The position numbers and the translations under genes are program-made. Shown piece by piece: positions 12,501 to 22,060 of a stretch of DNA of 64,000 nt. The stretch comes from an uncultured Planctomycetota bacterium (GTDB lineage Bacteria; Planctomycetota; Planctomycetia; Isosphaerales; Isosphaeraceae): positions 1,504,001 to 1,568,000 of the forward strand of contig CAVTTN010000002.1 of assembly GCA_963737655.1 (NCBI GenBank), given 5' to 3'. The notes below the pieces were generated by a model. It saw only the letters and a list, made by a program, of their open reading frames with translations, was not told where the DNA came from and ran no database searches. Each line of letters opens with the position of its first letter. Position 1 is the stretch's first letter.

Positions 12501-13379
12501 GACCTCGCGGGTCCGGCCCTCGGCCTGCTCCGGGGCCATGTAGCCGGGCGAGCCGAGGATCGAGTCGGTCCGGGTCAGCCCGCTGTCCTGGGTCAGCGAC
12601 TTGGCCAGGCCGAAGTCGGCGACCTTGGGCTGGCCCGCTCCGGACAGGAGGATGTTGGCCGGCTTCAGGTCGCGATGGACCAGGCCCAGCCGGTGCGCCT
12701 CGGCCACCCCCCGGGCCATCCCCAGGACCATCTCCGCCGCTCGCCGAGCGGGCCACGGCGTCCCGTCCAGGCGACGGTCCAGGCTCCCGCCCTCGACGTA
12801 CTCCAGGGCAAAGTAGGGCAGGCCGTCGGACCGGCCGATGTGATGGATCCGGACGATGTTGGGGTGCTGGAGACGGGCGACGGCCTCGGCCTCGGCCAAG
12901 AACCGGACGATCGATTCGGGGTGGGCATGCGCCCCGGCCAGGATCATCTTCAGGACGCACGGGCGGTTCAGGAGGACCTCTCGGGCCCGGTACACCACGC
13001 CCATCCCGCCCCGGCCCAGCTCGCCCAGGACCTCATAGCCCTCGATCTTCGGCAGGGGTCGTTCCGAAGGGGGCGGGGCCGGCGGCGGCCCGGCCGGCCT
13101 CGCGATGGTCAGGCCGTCCGGGACGTCCCCGGCCAGGACGAACGACAGGACGGGCTCGGAGCCGGCCGCCGGGTCGTCCCGGCCGATCGTCATCTCCTTC
13201 GAGGGCAGGGCCGGCTCGGTCCGAAGCTCCGGGCCGTCATCCCGCCCCGAGGGGCCGGTCGGGTCGCCGACAACGGCCATCGTGGCGACGGGGCGGTCCG
13301 AACGGCCGACGCGATCGTCGGCCGAGGTCAAGGGCCGGCCCCGGTGGGCCTCGCCGTCCGAGGGGATCTCCGAACCCAC
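9585..13379 (-). CDS. Hanks-type Ser/Thr protein kinase with TM helix and WD40 repeats
   Basis: GRGGMG, HRDLKPAN, DFG, YMAPE, a TM helix, then many FSPDG...VRVWD repeats. Confidence 0.93.
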   Translation of the reverse strand: MGSEIPSDGEAHRGRPLTSADDRVGRSDRPVATMAVVGDPTGPSGRDDGPELRTEPALPSKEMTIGRDDPAAGSEPVLSFVLAGDVPDGLTIARPAGPPPAPPPSERPLPKIEGYEVLGELGRGGMGVVYRAREVLLNRPCVLKMILAGAHAHPESIVRFLAEAEAVARLQHPNIVRIHHIGRSDGLPYFALEYVEGGSLDRRLDGTPWPARRAAEMVLGMARGVAEAHRLGLVHRDLKPANILLSGAGQPKVADFGLAKSLTQDSGLTRTDSILGSPGYMAPEQAEGRTREVGLPADVYALGAILYELLTGRPPFRGTTILETLEQVRTAEPVPPGRLVPRLPRDIETIVLKCLQKEPGKRYDSASTLAEDLQRFLGGESIVARPVGPAERSWRWCRRHPAPALLTAAVIAVAALGLSGILWAWDQAVEARDLASRHAAEEARARRETETVLVDMYTTGGVSAGNQGDASGAALWFANAAKRAEADPDRRRANAIRARSWGRGAPRPLAAVVAQGARPEGLRFHPGGRHLIAESVVEGRAGESRFSLWDLQKERALAFPGGSVEAVPAAAWAPDGSSLAFAGPEAGVTIAPFPEGGPAQRIEFAGRVGLLAFSDDGRFLAISSGKTARVWDVGARAFASSELPHPEGVTSLSLSPDGRFLATGCRDQKARVFAVTGGPDGPLWPPVPHRYEVGNPWYREFRSPPLFVEGGRVVITHGAGAGLSWRNSETGEEVRAQPLADWRGTLAWVGASPDGRFLAVFGVQGTQVRLVEVSTGRQVGPDLGHKNTVASAAFSPDGQRLATGATDGMARLWSVPDGRPLGRPWDLHRTVHLVAFAPGGGSLATQDFDLVRLWALPEEGLPMTRVPVDRSDSFVSLSPDGSRAISAGMTFANTRNVRSARVFDVATGKPVGPSLAPGGPIVGSEFSPDGSRVALVDLSAPPSTEAPGVSAWDSAIGQRLWRTPLPSEPRGLAYRPDGRRLAVLCGGGELVLLDAETGREVRRWQAHDPEPAHHWFNNGRVGFSPDGRSVLTWGMGNDLRVWEADSGRPARPPFTHRDKCHDAQFSPDGRLLATASYDRSVRVWDFASGAVVSAVPDHPDMVYTARFSPDGRWLVTACRDRAVRVWDWKAGQLACPPFEHAEEVSAAAFTPDGLWVLSASADGIVRAWDWRTGKPLTPPLNVGGAAMDLVITRDGKHAAVGGFHHLITVIDLAALDRTADDPETLRRWAELLAGRRLHDGGGMANLSASEWLDRWKNRPSSRTP

Positions 13380-13661
13380 CCATCGTCCTCCCGAACTGGC
13401 CGAGGGGTAGTCCTACGTGAAGCGTAGACTCAACCGAGCGGTCGGCCGACCACCTCGGCCCGGTCCCACGAGCTGATTGTCCCATCCCGACACGCGCCAA
13501 ACAACGCATTGCCGCAAAGCCCGGGAAGATCCGGGTCGGGATGCCCCTCCAACCGATCGATCGCCCGTTCGGCCCCGAAAATCGCCCTCCACCCCCTTGC
13601 CGAAGCCTCCGGCGTTTGGTGTAATCGTCCTTCCGCCCCTCGGGGCAAAGCCATCCGAGCC

Positions 13662-15136
<1,475 letters not shown>

Positions 15137-15237
15137 CGGTCACCCCGTAGCTCTCGGTCGAATCGGTGTGGTCGGATTGTCGCATACTGTCGGTGCAAGG
15201 CGCAAGTTTACGTTTGAGGGCGGTACGATTCGCGTGT

Positions 15238-17710
15238 TCATGTCCCGGGCGTGGGGTCCGAGCCGCTCTCGGAAGGGCACCGCGTTTCCGACGATTCCGA
15301 CGATTCCGGTCGTTCGAGTCCGGCGTTCCGTCGGTATTGTCGGAAATGCGGCGATTGCCACAATCCCGGGTTCACTTCGTAAGCGGGGGAGCGTTTGCGA
15401 CCGCCCCGAGGATTCGGTTCAGGCGCGGGGGCAGCGCGGATCAGATTTCGGCCCACCATCCACCGAAGGGCGGCATCCAGGGCGGCGCCGTCGAACCGGC
15501 TGAAGTTGCGGTCGATGTCCCTGGTGGAGAAGGTGGTGTGTCCGTTGCGTCCGATCCATTTCAGTAACGCTCGGACATCCTCTCCGCCATCGTTGCCCTT
15601 ACCGCCCATCAGGGAGTGAACCCGTCTGGCCTGGGCCTTGAAGTAGGTCACGAGGCGGGCGGCATCCTCGATGATGCGTCGGGGCATCTCGGGCACGTCC
15701 TCCGTTGCCCGAGGGGCCGGGTCGGCGGCCAGGTGCATCATGTGGAGGATCAGGGCGAGTCGGCCGGCGTAGGCTTCCAGTTTCCCCCATGCCCCTTCCA
15801 GATGAGAGGGGAAGTCGTCGGCCTCTTGCTCGGCATAGTGGGCGTGGCACCAATCCGCCCATGCGATTTTCGCCTCGGGGGAGAGCTGGACCACCCCGGC
15901 CGTCGGCAAGCCGTCTCCCTGGACCATCTCCCGTTTCCAGAGGGTTTGGATCAGTTCATCCCAGGCGTTGGCCACGACGTCGGGTATGCCCTCCTCCGAA
16001 TATCGCCTCGCGATCTTCTCGGGGAAGGCGAAGAGCAGACGGGCCAGGAAGCCGTCATCCCGCCCGCCCGACTCGGGCAGTGTCGAGAGCATGTCGGGCG
16101 TCATCCCGCCCACGACTGTCAAGAACGGACGGGGGACGGCGATCGGTTCGTTCTTCTGCCTGGCGCGATCGATGTAAATGGGTTCGCCATTCCATGCCGA
16201 GAGGTAGAACGGACGATCCCCGCCGCGTCCCCCCTTGTATTGATCCATTCCCATGGACCACTTGGTCATCTCGTCGGGGATGATGATCGCGCCTCTCTGG
16301 TTGGCGGCCAGGATCGGCCCGAGGGCCTCGGTCGTGGGATCGGTCGTGGTGAGGCGACGCAAGATTGGCCGGGCGCCGCGTTGCCCATCGGGGGTGTCCT
16401 CCCACCGCTGCATCTCGCCTCGCCAGAGTTCATAAAGTCTCTGTCCGATGGCCAGGAGCGGGGCCAGGGCCGCGCCGAGGCCGGGGGACTTGCCGCTAGA
16501 AGGCGAACCCACCAGCGCCAGATACGAGGGCCGCGGAGGCGAGATAGCCGTCCTTGATCTGAAGAACGACCGACCGGCCGATCGCCCCCGAAGCGGCGGC
16601 CAGGCACCCGAGGGCGGGGAAGTCCACCGGGCAAGAAATCGACCTGGCCGCGGCTTCCGCCAGGTCGCGGGCGGGACCGGGCAGGACATCCAGGGGGAAC
16701 GGCTCGGACGGGGGAAGCGACCCGAGGCGGATCGGTCCCCATCCTCCCTCATCGGTGACGATCTCGGCCGACGACGGCGGATCGCATCCGGTAAGCGGGG
16801 CCAGGTCCGCGACCCTTTCCAGCTCTCGGAGGCACGTTTCGGGCTCTGATTCGTGGGGAACCCCGTCGCGCAACCACTCGTCCATATCTCCGCCCTCGGG
16901 GATCGGCGCTTTCGTCCGCCAGAGGTCGGCCAGGCGGACGATGCGGACCGTGGGCCTCGGTTCCAGCTTCGCCAGCTCCGCCACGACGTCGGAGGCGTAG
17001 GCTTCGCCCCCGGTGTCGTGGTCGGGCAGGATGACGACCTCTCGCCCGGCCAGGGGTCGCCAATCCGTCTTGTGGGCGGACTTCGCCCCGTGGGCGGACG
17101 TCGTGGCGGTCGCCCCGATCTCTCGGGCCCGGTCCGCGGCCTTCTCGCCCTCGCAAATGTAAATCCGTCGGGCGGAAGTCAGCCCGCGGAGACGGTAGAG
17201 CGGCCACTGGCCGGGCGGGTCGCCGATCGCCCAACCCTCGGCCGTCCGATGAACCGGCCGGTATTCCTTCCTCTGTCCCGGTGGGTCGAAGCGAAAGACC
17301 GCGGCGCTCTCGGGGCCTTCGATCTCTTCGTACATCCATCGCCCCGAAGGCTTCCCCAGCTTGGGGGCCAGCGCTTCGGCGGCGGCCTCGGGGGACGGAT
17401 AGACGCGCTTCGTCTTCGAGTCCGGCCGGGTCTGACCGCCGCCTCGGGGCCTTGGGGGGCGGTCGTCCTTTGGGGGGAAGAGGTCGGGCAGCCCCATCCC
17501 GAGGGCGTCGACGATCTGTTCCGCGGGGCAGTCGTGGGCGTGGCAGTGGAGCAAGGCGCGGCCGTCGTCACCGCGCTTGATCGACAGGTTCCGTCGGTCC
17601 CCGTCGTGGACGGGGCAACGGCTCTCCCAGGAGTCCGGGCCGGTTGCCCGAGGCTCGAATCCTCGGGCATCGAGGCGGGCCACGATGGCGGAGGCGGGGT
17701 CGTGGCTCAT
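15238..17710 (-). CDS. Primase (Zn finger + Toprim) fused to DUF3987 P-loop domain; frameshift near 16525 (probably assembly error)
   Basis: CPVHDGD...CHAHDC zinc finger, Toprim ICEGEKAAD and LPDHD, then LYLALVGSPSSGKSP, PDEM and DDGFLARLLF typical of DUF3987/YfjI. Confidence 0.85.
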
Positions 17711-17934
17711 CGGCCCACCCCCCGGCCCCTGGCCTGCGAGTCGATCCATCGGCGAACTGTCTCGGGCTTCCACCGGGGCATGCGTCCAGCCCGGAGATCG
17801 GGCCTCGGCACCTTGCCGGCGGAGAGCATGCGCTCAAGCGTCCGACGGCTGACCGAGAGCGCCTCAGCGAACTGCGCGATGCTGAGCATCGGCTCGATGG
17901 CCGATCGCGGCTGCGGCTCTCCGGGCTGGCTCAT
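17707..17934 (-). CDS. AlpA/excisionase-like helix-turn-helix protein
   Basis: MLSIAQFAEALSVSRRTLERM..G.VP.P....RWKPETVRRWI; 4-bp ATGA overlaps with both neighbours. Confidence 0.85.
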   Translation of the reverse strand: MSQPGEPQPRSAIEPMLSIAQFAEALSVSRRTLERMLSAGKVPRPDLRAGRMPRWKPETVRRWIDSQARGRGVGR

Positions 17935-18116
17935 CGGTCACCCCCGGCCGTGCGGCCCTGGCAGGGGGTGACCGTCCATCCGAGGCGGGCGAGTTGGTCC
18001 TTGGCCTCCGAGGCGCGGAGGTAGTCCCCACGGTCCAGGGCCAATAGGAGTTCAAGGAACCACGCGATCGGTGAATCCTCGGGCCGGATGTCCTGCTCTG
18101 CTGTCGTCTTCTTCAT
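17931..18116 (-). CDS. Small hypothetical protein
   Basis: 61 aa, RBS-like GAGG upstream, translationally coupled to the AlpA-like gene. Confidence 0.65.
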   Translation of the reverse strand: MKKTTAEQDIRPEDSPIAWFLELLLALDRGDYLRASEAKDQLARLGWTVTPCQGRTAGGDR

Positions 18117-18261
18117 GGCACCTCGTCCTCTCGGGTCGCCGATATGGTGACCCGTAGGATCGGGGTGGCTATAACCTGCTTGTCGCCTCGGAGTTGTCGT
18201 AAGTTTCAGAGATTGCGAGCTTTAAAAAAAGCGGTATCGCTTCGTACTGTGGCCTGATGCC

Positions 18262-19206
18262 TCATTTGTCGTCCCAATGCGCCTCGATTCTCCCGTCCTT
18301 GCCCTTCGTTCCCCTGGGAACTCTGTCTCGCCTTGATTTAACTTGCAAATCATGCGCGGATTTAAATTCTATGGATCTATAAAGATGTTGTGCGGTGCAT
18401 CCCACTGCCCTGGCGATCGCCCTTTTCGAGATGTCCTCTCCGGTCTTGGATCTGCTGAGAAGTTCGACCAAAGCTCGATGTATCGCCGATGGTCGAGCCT
18501 TCTTCGCTCGCGTTTCCCTCGTATCGCTCGCGACGTATTGCTTTGTCGTGAAGTCGGTCGCCGGTGCCGGGTGGGTGCCGTTCGAACCCATGTGCTCACG
18601 CACCACAGCTTCGAGGGCCTCGGGCCGTTCCATCCCCGCATCTTTGATCAGTCGCGCAGCATCGGAAGGATCGATCTCGACGCATTTGTCTTGGCCCTTT
18701 CCCTGGCCGACCAACTTCTGATAGTCCCCTTTCAAGGGTGCCGTGTTCCCCACCGCGAACCACCGGCCTCGGCTGTCGCCGTAAACGGTGCAGGCGAAGA
18801 ACTGCCTGTCTGGCCATTCGGAATGCTTCCAGTTCGGGATTTCTTCTCGGATGCCGACGGAGTAACGCCACGAGGTCGCCCGATCGAAATGGGTGATCCC
18901 ACCGTCCTTGCCGATCGCCGCGGTGTCGATCGGCTGGCCGTCCCAGGAAGGTTCCTGGACTCCCCTTCGGCGCCAGGCGGTCGTACAGTCCCAGCACAGG
19001 CGGTTGCGGTCTCTGGACGGCTTCCCGCACTTGGAGCAGGCGAAGACGTTCGTAAGCGGGACCAAGGGCTGAGGGACCGGCGGAGCCACGTCGATGGAGC
19101 TTCCGCATTCCTCACAACGGGCATCGTCGGTGACGGGAGGAGGAAGGTCCGGGCCCAAGTTCTGGATCGGGGCGGATTGGGGGCGGGCGGGCGTCTTGCG
19201 GGGCAT
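18262..19206 (-). CDS. Hypothetical protein with N-terminal Cys clusters and C-terminal HTH
   Basis: CEEC, CSKC and CWDC motifs; C-terminal ISKRAIARAVGCTAQHLYR HTH-like segment. Confidence 0.65.
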   Translation of the reverse strand: MPRKTPARPQSAPIQNLGPDLPPPVTDDARCEECGSSIDVAPPVPQPLVPLTNVFACSKCGKPSRDRNRLCWDCTTAWRRRGVQEPSWDGQPIDTAAIGKDGGITHFDRATSWRYSVGIREEIPNWKHSEWPDRQFFACTVYGDSRGRWFAVGNTAPLKGDYQKLVGQGKGQDKCVEIDPSDAARLIKDAGMERPEALEAVVREHMGSNGTHPAPATDFTTKQYVASDTRETRAKKARPSAIHRALVELLSRSKTGEDISKRAIARAVGCTAQHLYRSIEFKSAHDLQVKSRRDRVPRGTKGKDGRIEAHWDDK

Positions 19207-19360
19207 CGGTTGACCCTACCGGGGTGGATCGGGCCGGGCCGGACGATCTCGCGGGTAGGGTCGCGATCATCGTCCGGCCCGTGAAGGCACACCGATTCGA
19301 ATCAGGGGGCCGACCCGATCCGTACATCGTACCGGATCGGCCCCGGACGCGCACAGACGT

Positions 19361-19612
19361 TTACAACGAAAGGCCCGACGGGCGATTGAGGCGGCGGGTC
19401 GCTCGGGCGCGGGTGGCGAGGCGGCGGAATCGGGCTTCGAGGATCGCGATCCGCTCGGCCAGGCGGGCTCGGGCGGACGGGTCGTGCATGAGGTCGCATC
19501 GTTCCCGGCGAAGCGTCTCGGAGAGTTCCCGGGCGCGGGTGGCGAGGGCGGAGAGGCGGTCGGCCGGGTCGAAGATCCAGGCGCGCCGGGGCGCGGTCGA
19601 GATTGTGGGCAT
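19361..19612 (-). CDS. Small helical hypothetical protein
   Basis: ATG 19612 preceded by GGAG, 83 aa, same strand as the early operon. Confidence 0.5.
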   Translation of the reverse strand: MPTISTAPRRAWIFDPADRLSALATRARELSETLRRERCDLMHDPSARARLAERIAILEARFRRLATRARATRRLNRPSGLSL

Positions 19613-19682
19613 GGTCGTCTCCCGAGGGCGGGGTCCGCTTGGGTGGAGCGGGGGCCGGACCGTCCGGCCCCCCCCGGGAGGT

Positions 19683-19937
19683 TCACGCGAGGTCGAGGCC
19701 CCGCTCGTAGGCGGCGAACCATTCCGCTTCTTCGGCCATCCGGTCCGCTTCGGAGTCGGTGAGGTCGGCCGGGCCGACGACTTCGTAGCCGTAGCGGTTG
19801 GACGGGGAGTTCTCGGCCCACCACCGCGAATCTTCGGGGGAAGGGCCGATCGGCAGGCGTTCCGGGCGGGCGAGGCCCCGAGCGAACGGGCGGCGGGACG
19901 ACTTGACCGGGCACGCGGAGTCGAACAGGATGACCAT
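19683..19937 (-). CDS. Small acidic hypothetical protein
   Basis: 84 aa with AAGGAG RBS upstream; first gene leftward of the AT-rich divergent region. Confidence 0.6.
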   Translation of the reverse strand: MVILFDSACPVKSSRRPFARGLARPERLPIGPSPEDSRWWAENSPSNRYGYEVVGPADLTDSEADRMAEEAEWFAAYERGLDLA

Positions 19938-20039
19938 CGGTGAGGCTCCTTACACAGCCTTGCCACCGGGGTCCGGGCGGGTACCAGCCGTCCGGGCCCC
20001 AATTCGTTTCGCGGGTGACCATCACTCGCGACATTTGGA

Positions 20040-20180
20040 GTATAGCGGATTAATATCCCGGATTCAAGAGCTATCTCAAAAATATTCCGAAATTAAGTGT
20101 CGGCCGAAAGAACGCCAAATTCCAACCCGATTTCCGAAGTCTGAGATTTGACTTCGAGCTAAACCGAAAATAGAATACCC
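20040..20180. promoter_or_regulatory. AT-rich divergent control region of the element
   Basis: Visibly AT-rich spacer between the leftward operon and the rightward small DNA-binding genes; contains TTCCGAA motifs. Confidence 0.5.
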
Positions 20181-20227
20181 CCAGGATCGAGACGCGGAAT
20201 CGTGGGTGATCGAGGCGGGGGCCGACC

Positions 20228-20434
20228 ATGACCATCGAGGGGAAGCGACCGAGGGGGCGGCCCAAGGGGGCGGGCTCGAAGCCGAACGTGGTGGCGTTGA
20301 AGGGAACGCCGGAGTGGAAAGCCTGGCTCACGGCCTTCAGCGAGCATTGCCGCCTGACCCTGGCCGACACGATCGACCAGGCGTTGACGGAATACGCGGT
20401 CCAGAAAGGGTTCCGTCCCCCTCCCCGGCGCTGA
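20228..20434 (+). CDS. Small DNA-binding protein (AT-hook + ribbon-helix-helix-like)
   Basis: KRPRGRPKG AT-hook, then a strand-helix-helix pattern (VVALKG..EWKAWL...TLADTIDQAL). Confidence 0.65.
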   Translation: MTIEGKRPRGRPKGAGSKPNVVALKGTPEWKAWLTAFSEHCRLTLADTIDQALTEYAVQKGFRPPPRR

Positions 20435-20445
20435 AGGAGTCTCCG

Positions 20446-20889
20446 ATGGGGCGCGACATGGCGCGACAGAACGCGACGGTCCCGGGGACGCTCGACGCGG
20501 GGCAGTCCCGGGCCATTCAGGCGCTGATCTCGGGCACGGGCGTGGCGGTGGCGGCGGAGCAGGCCGGGGTCCACCGGGGGACGCTCCACCGATGGATGAC
20601 CGACGACCCGGCCTTCCTCGCCGCGTACAACCTCGCACAACAGCAACTGGCCGAGGCCGTGGCCCAGAACCTCCGCACCCTGGCGGCGGAGGCCGTGGGC
20701 GTCCTGCGGACGGTCATGACGAACGAGGCGACCCCGCCGGCCATCCGGGTCCGGGCGGCCCTGGAAGTCATCAAGGCGGCCCCGCCTCCGCCCGAGGGGC
20801 CAACGACGACCGAGGGCGCGGAGTCCGAGTTGAAGGACAGGGCGTCGAAGGCGGCTTACGCCCGGCTCAGGATGCAGGCGATGCCCTGA
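20446..20889 (+). CDS. HTH protein (phBC6A51-like / small-terminase-like)
   Basis: AAGGAG RBS; Q.RAIQAL.SG..V..AAEQAGVHRGTLHRWM..DPAF and a helical C-terminus with IRVRAA. Confidence 0.7.
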   Translation: MGRDMARQNATVPGTLDAGQSRAIQALISGTGVAVAAEQAGVHRGTLHRWMTDDPAFLAAYNLAQQQLAEAVAQNLRTLAAEAVGVLRTVMTNEATPPAIRVRAALEVIKAAPPPPEGPTTTEGAESELKDRASKAAYARLRMQAMP

Positions 20890-21169
20890 TGGGTCGGGAG
20901 TCGGGGCGGTCCAACCCGACCGACGCGGCATGGGCCGGAGGCCGATCCGGGGAGTTTCTAGAAACGGGCGGCGATCGGGGACTTTTCCGAAAAGGGCGAA
21001 GGACTTTTCGGAAATGGCCCATCGAGCGGGGGATTTTCGGAAAAGAGGCGAGGCCCCCTGGCGTTTCACGTCCTGATGAGGCGGCCCGCACCCGACTCCT
21101 GGCGAGCATCTGACCCTGGTCGATCGGCTCGCAAGAGCGGTTGCCTAGCGAGCGATATGAGGCGAAGCC

Positions 21170-21394
21170 TCAAACTTCCACCCCGTTGGAAGTCGAAAGC
21201 TCGGCCTGCTTGAGAACAAGCTGGGTCGCATCCTCGGAGAGATCGGGAGGATAGCCGTAGAGGGCGAGTAGCCTACGGACCTTCCGGCGTAGGTCGGCCC
21301 GGACGGATTCCCTTTGGGTCCAATCGAGCTTGGGAAGCGTCTTGATCATCTCCGCCAGCTTACGGGCCATCAGGCGGAGCGTTTCGGACTGCAA
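21170..21394 (-). pseudogene. hsdR: C-terminal remnant of type I restriction subunit HsdR (DUF3387-type)
   Basis: DWTQRESVRADLRRKVRRLL..YGYPPD...AT.LVL.QAE; the rest of the gene is absent. Confidence 0.85.
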
Positions 21395-21489
21395 GACCTC
21401 GCGTGCTGAACCTTGTCGGCCAGCGCATCATAGTAAGGCGGCTTCCTCATTTGCTCAGCCCGAGCTTCTTGCCCCAGCCCCTTCGCTTC

Positions 21490-21905
21490 GCGGACCCACC
21501 TCGCCAGTTCAAGTTCCTCAAGCGGTTCCCCGCCTATTGCGAGTTCATCGGCAAGTCGGAGCCCCAGGAGAAGGTCGAGGTTTCGTCTCTGGGACGACGA
21601 CGCTCATCGAGGAGCGCCGGACCCCCATGGAGTTGATCGACGCCTCCTATCAGTCGCTCGTTCGGGCGACCACCGAGGAACTGCTCGCATGGCTCAGGGC
21701 GTGCTCGCCGTCGTTCTTCGAGTTGTTGGTGGTCCGATTGCTGATGGCGATGGGCTACGGCGGCGTGATGGGGTACGGCACCGTGACCGGCAAGTCGGGC
21801 GACGGGGGCATCGGATGATCGAGCACGGGCTCGGCGTGACGACGACCAAAATCTACGAGTTGGAAGGAGGTCTCGAACGACTTCTTCGACGAGAGCGAGG
21901 GGTGA
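21490..21905 (+). pseudogene. mrr: Degraded Mrr restriction endonuclease
   Basis: FLKRFPAYCEF, TPMELIDASY, SPSFFELLVVRLLMAMGYGG and TGKSGDGGI jump directly to the C-terminal MIEHGLGV...YEL...DFFDE. The QAKR catalytic core is missing and the frames are broken. Confidence 0.8.
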
Positions 21906-22060
21906 AGGTGGGGGATCAGGCCGTTCGGGCGGGGTGCCTTCGAAATCCATCGGCATCTTGATCCGTCCCGACCGTTCTTTTAGTTTGGCTGAGACCAATC
22001 AACCACCCAGCGAAGGGGCTGGTTGGCCAGTGCCGACCACCGCCCGATCGTGAGCCAACG

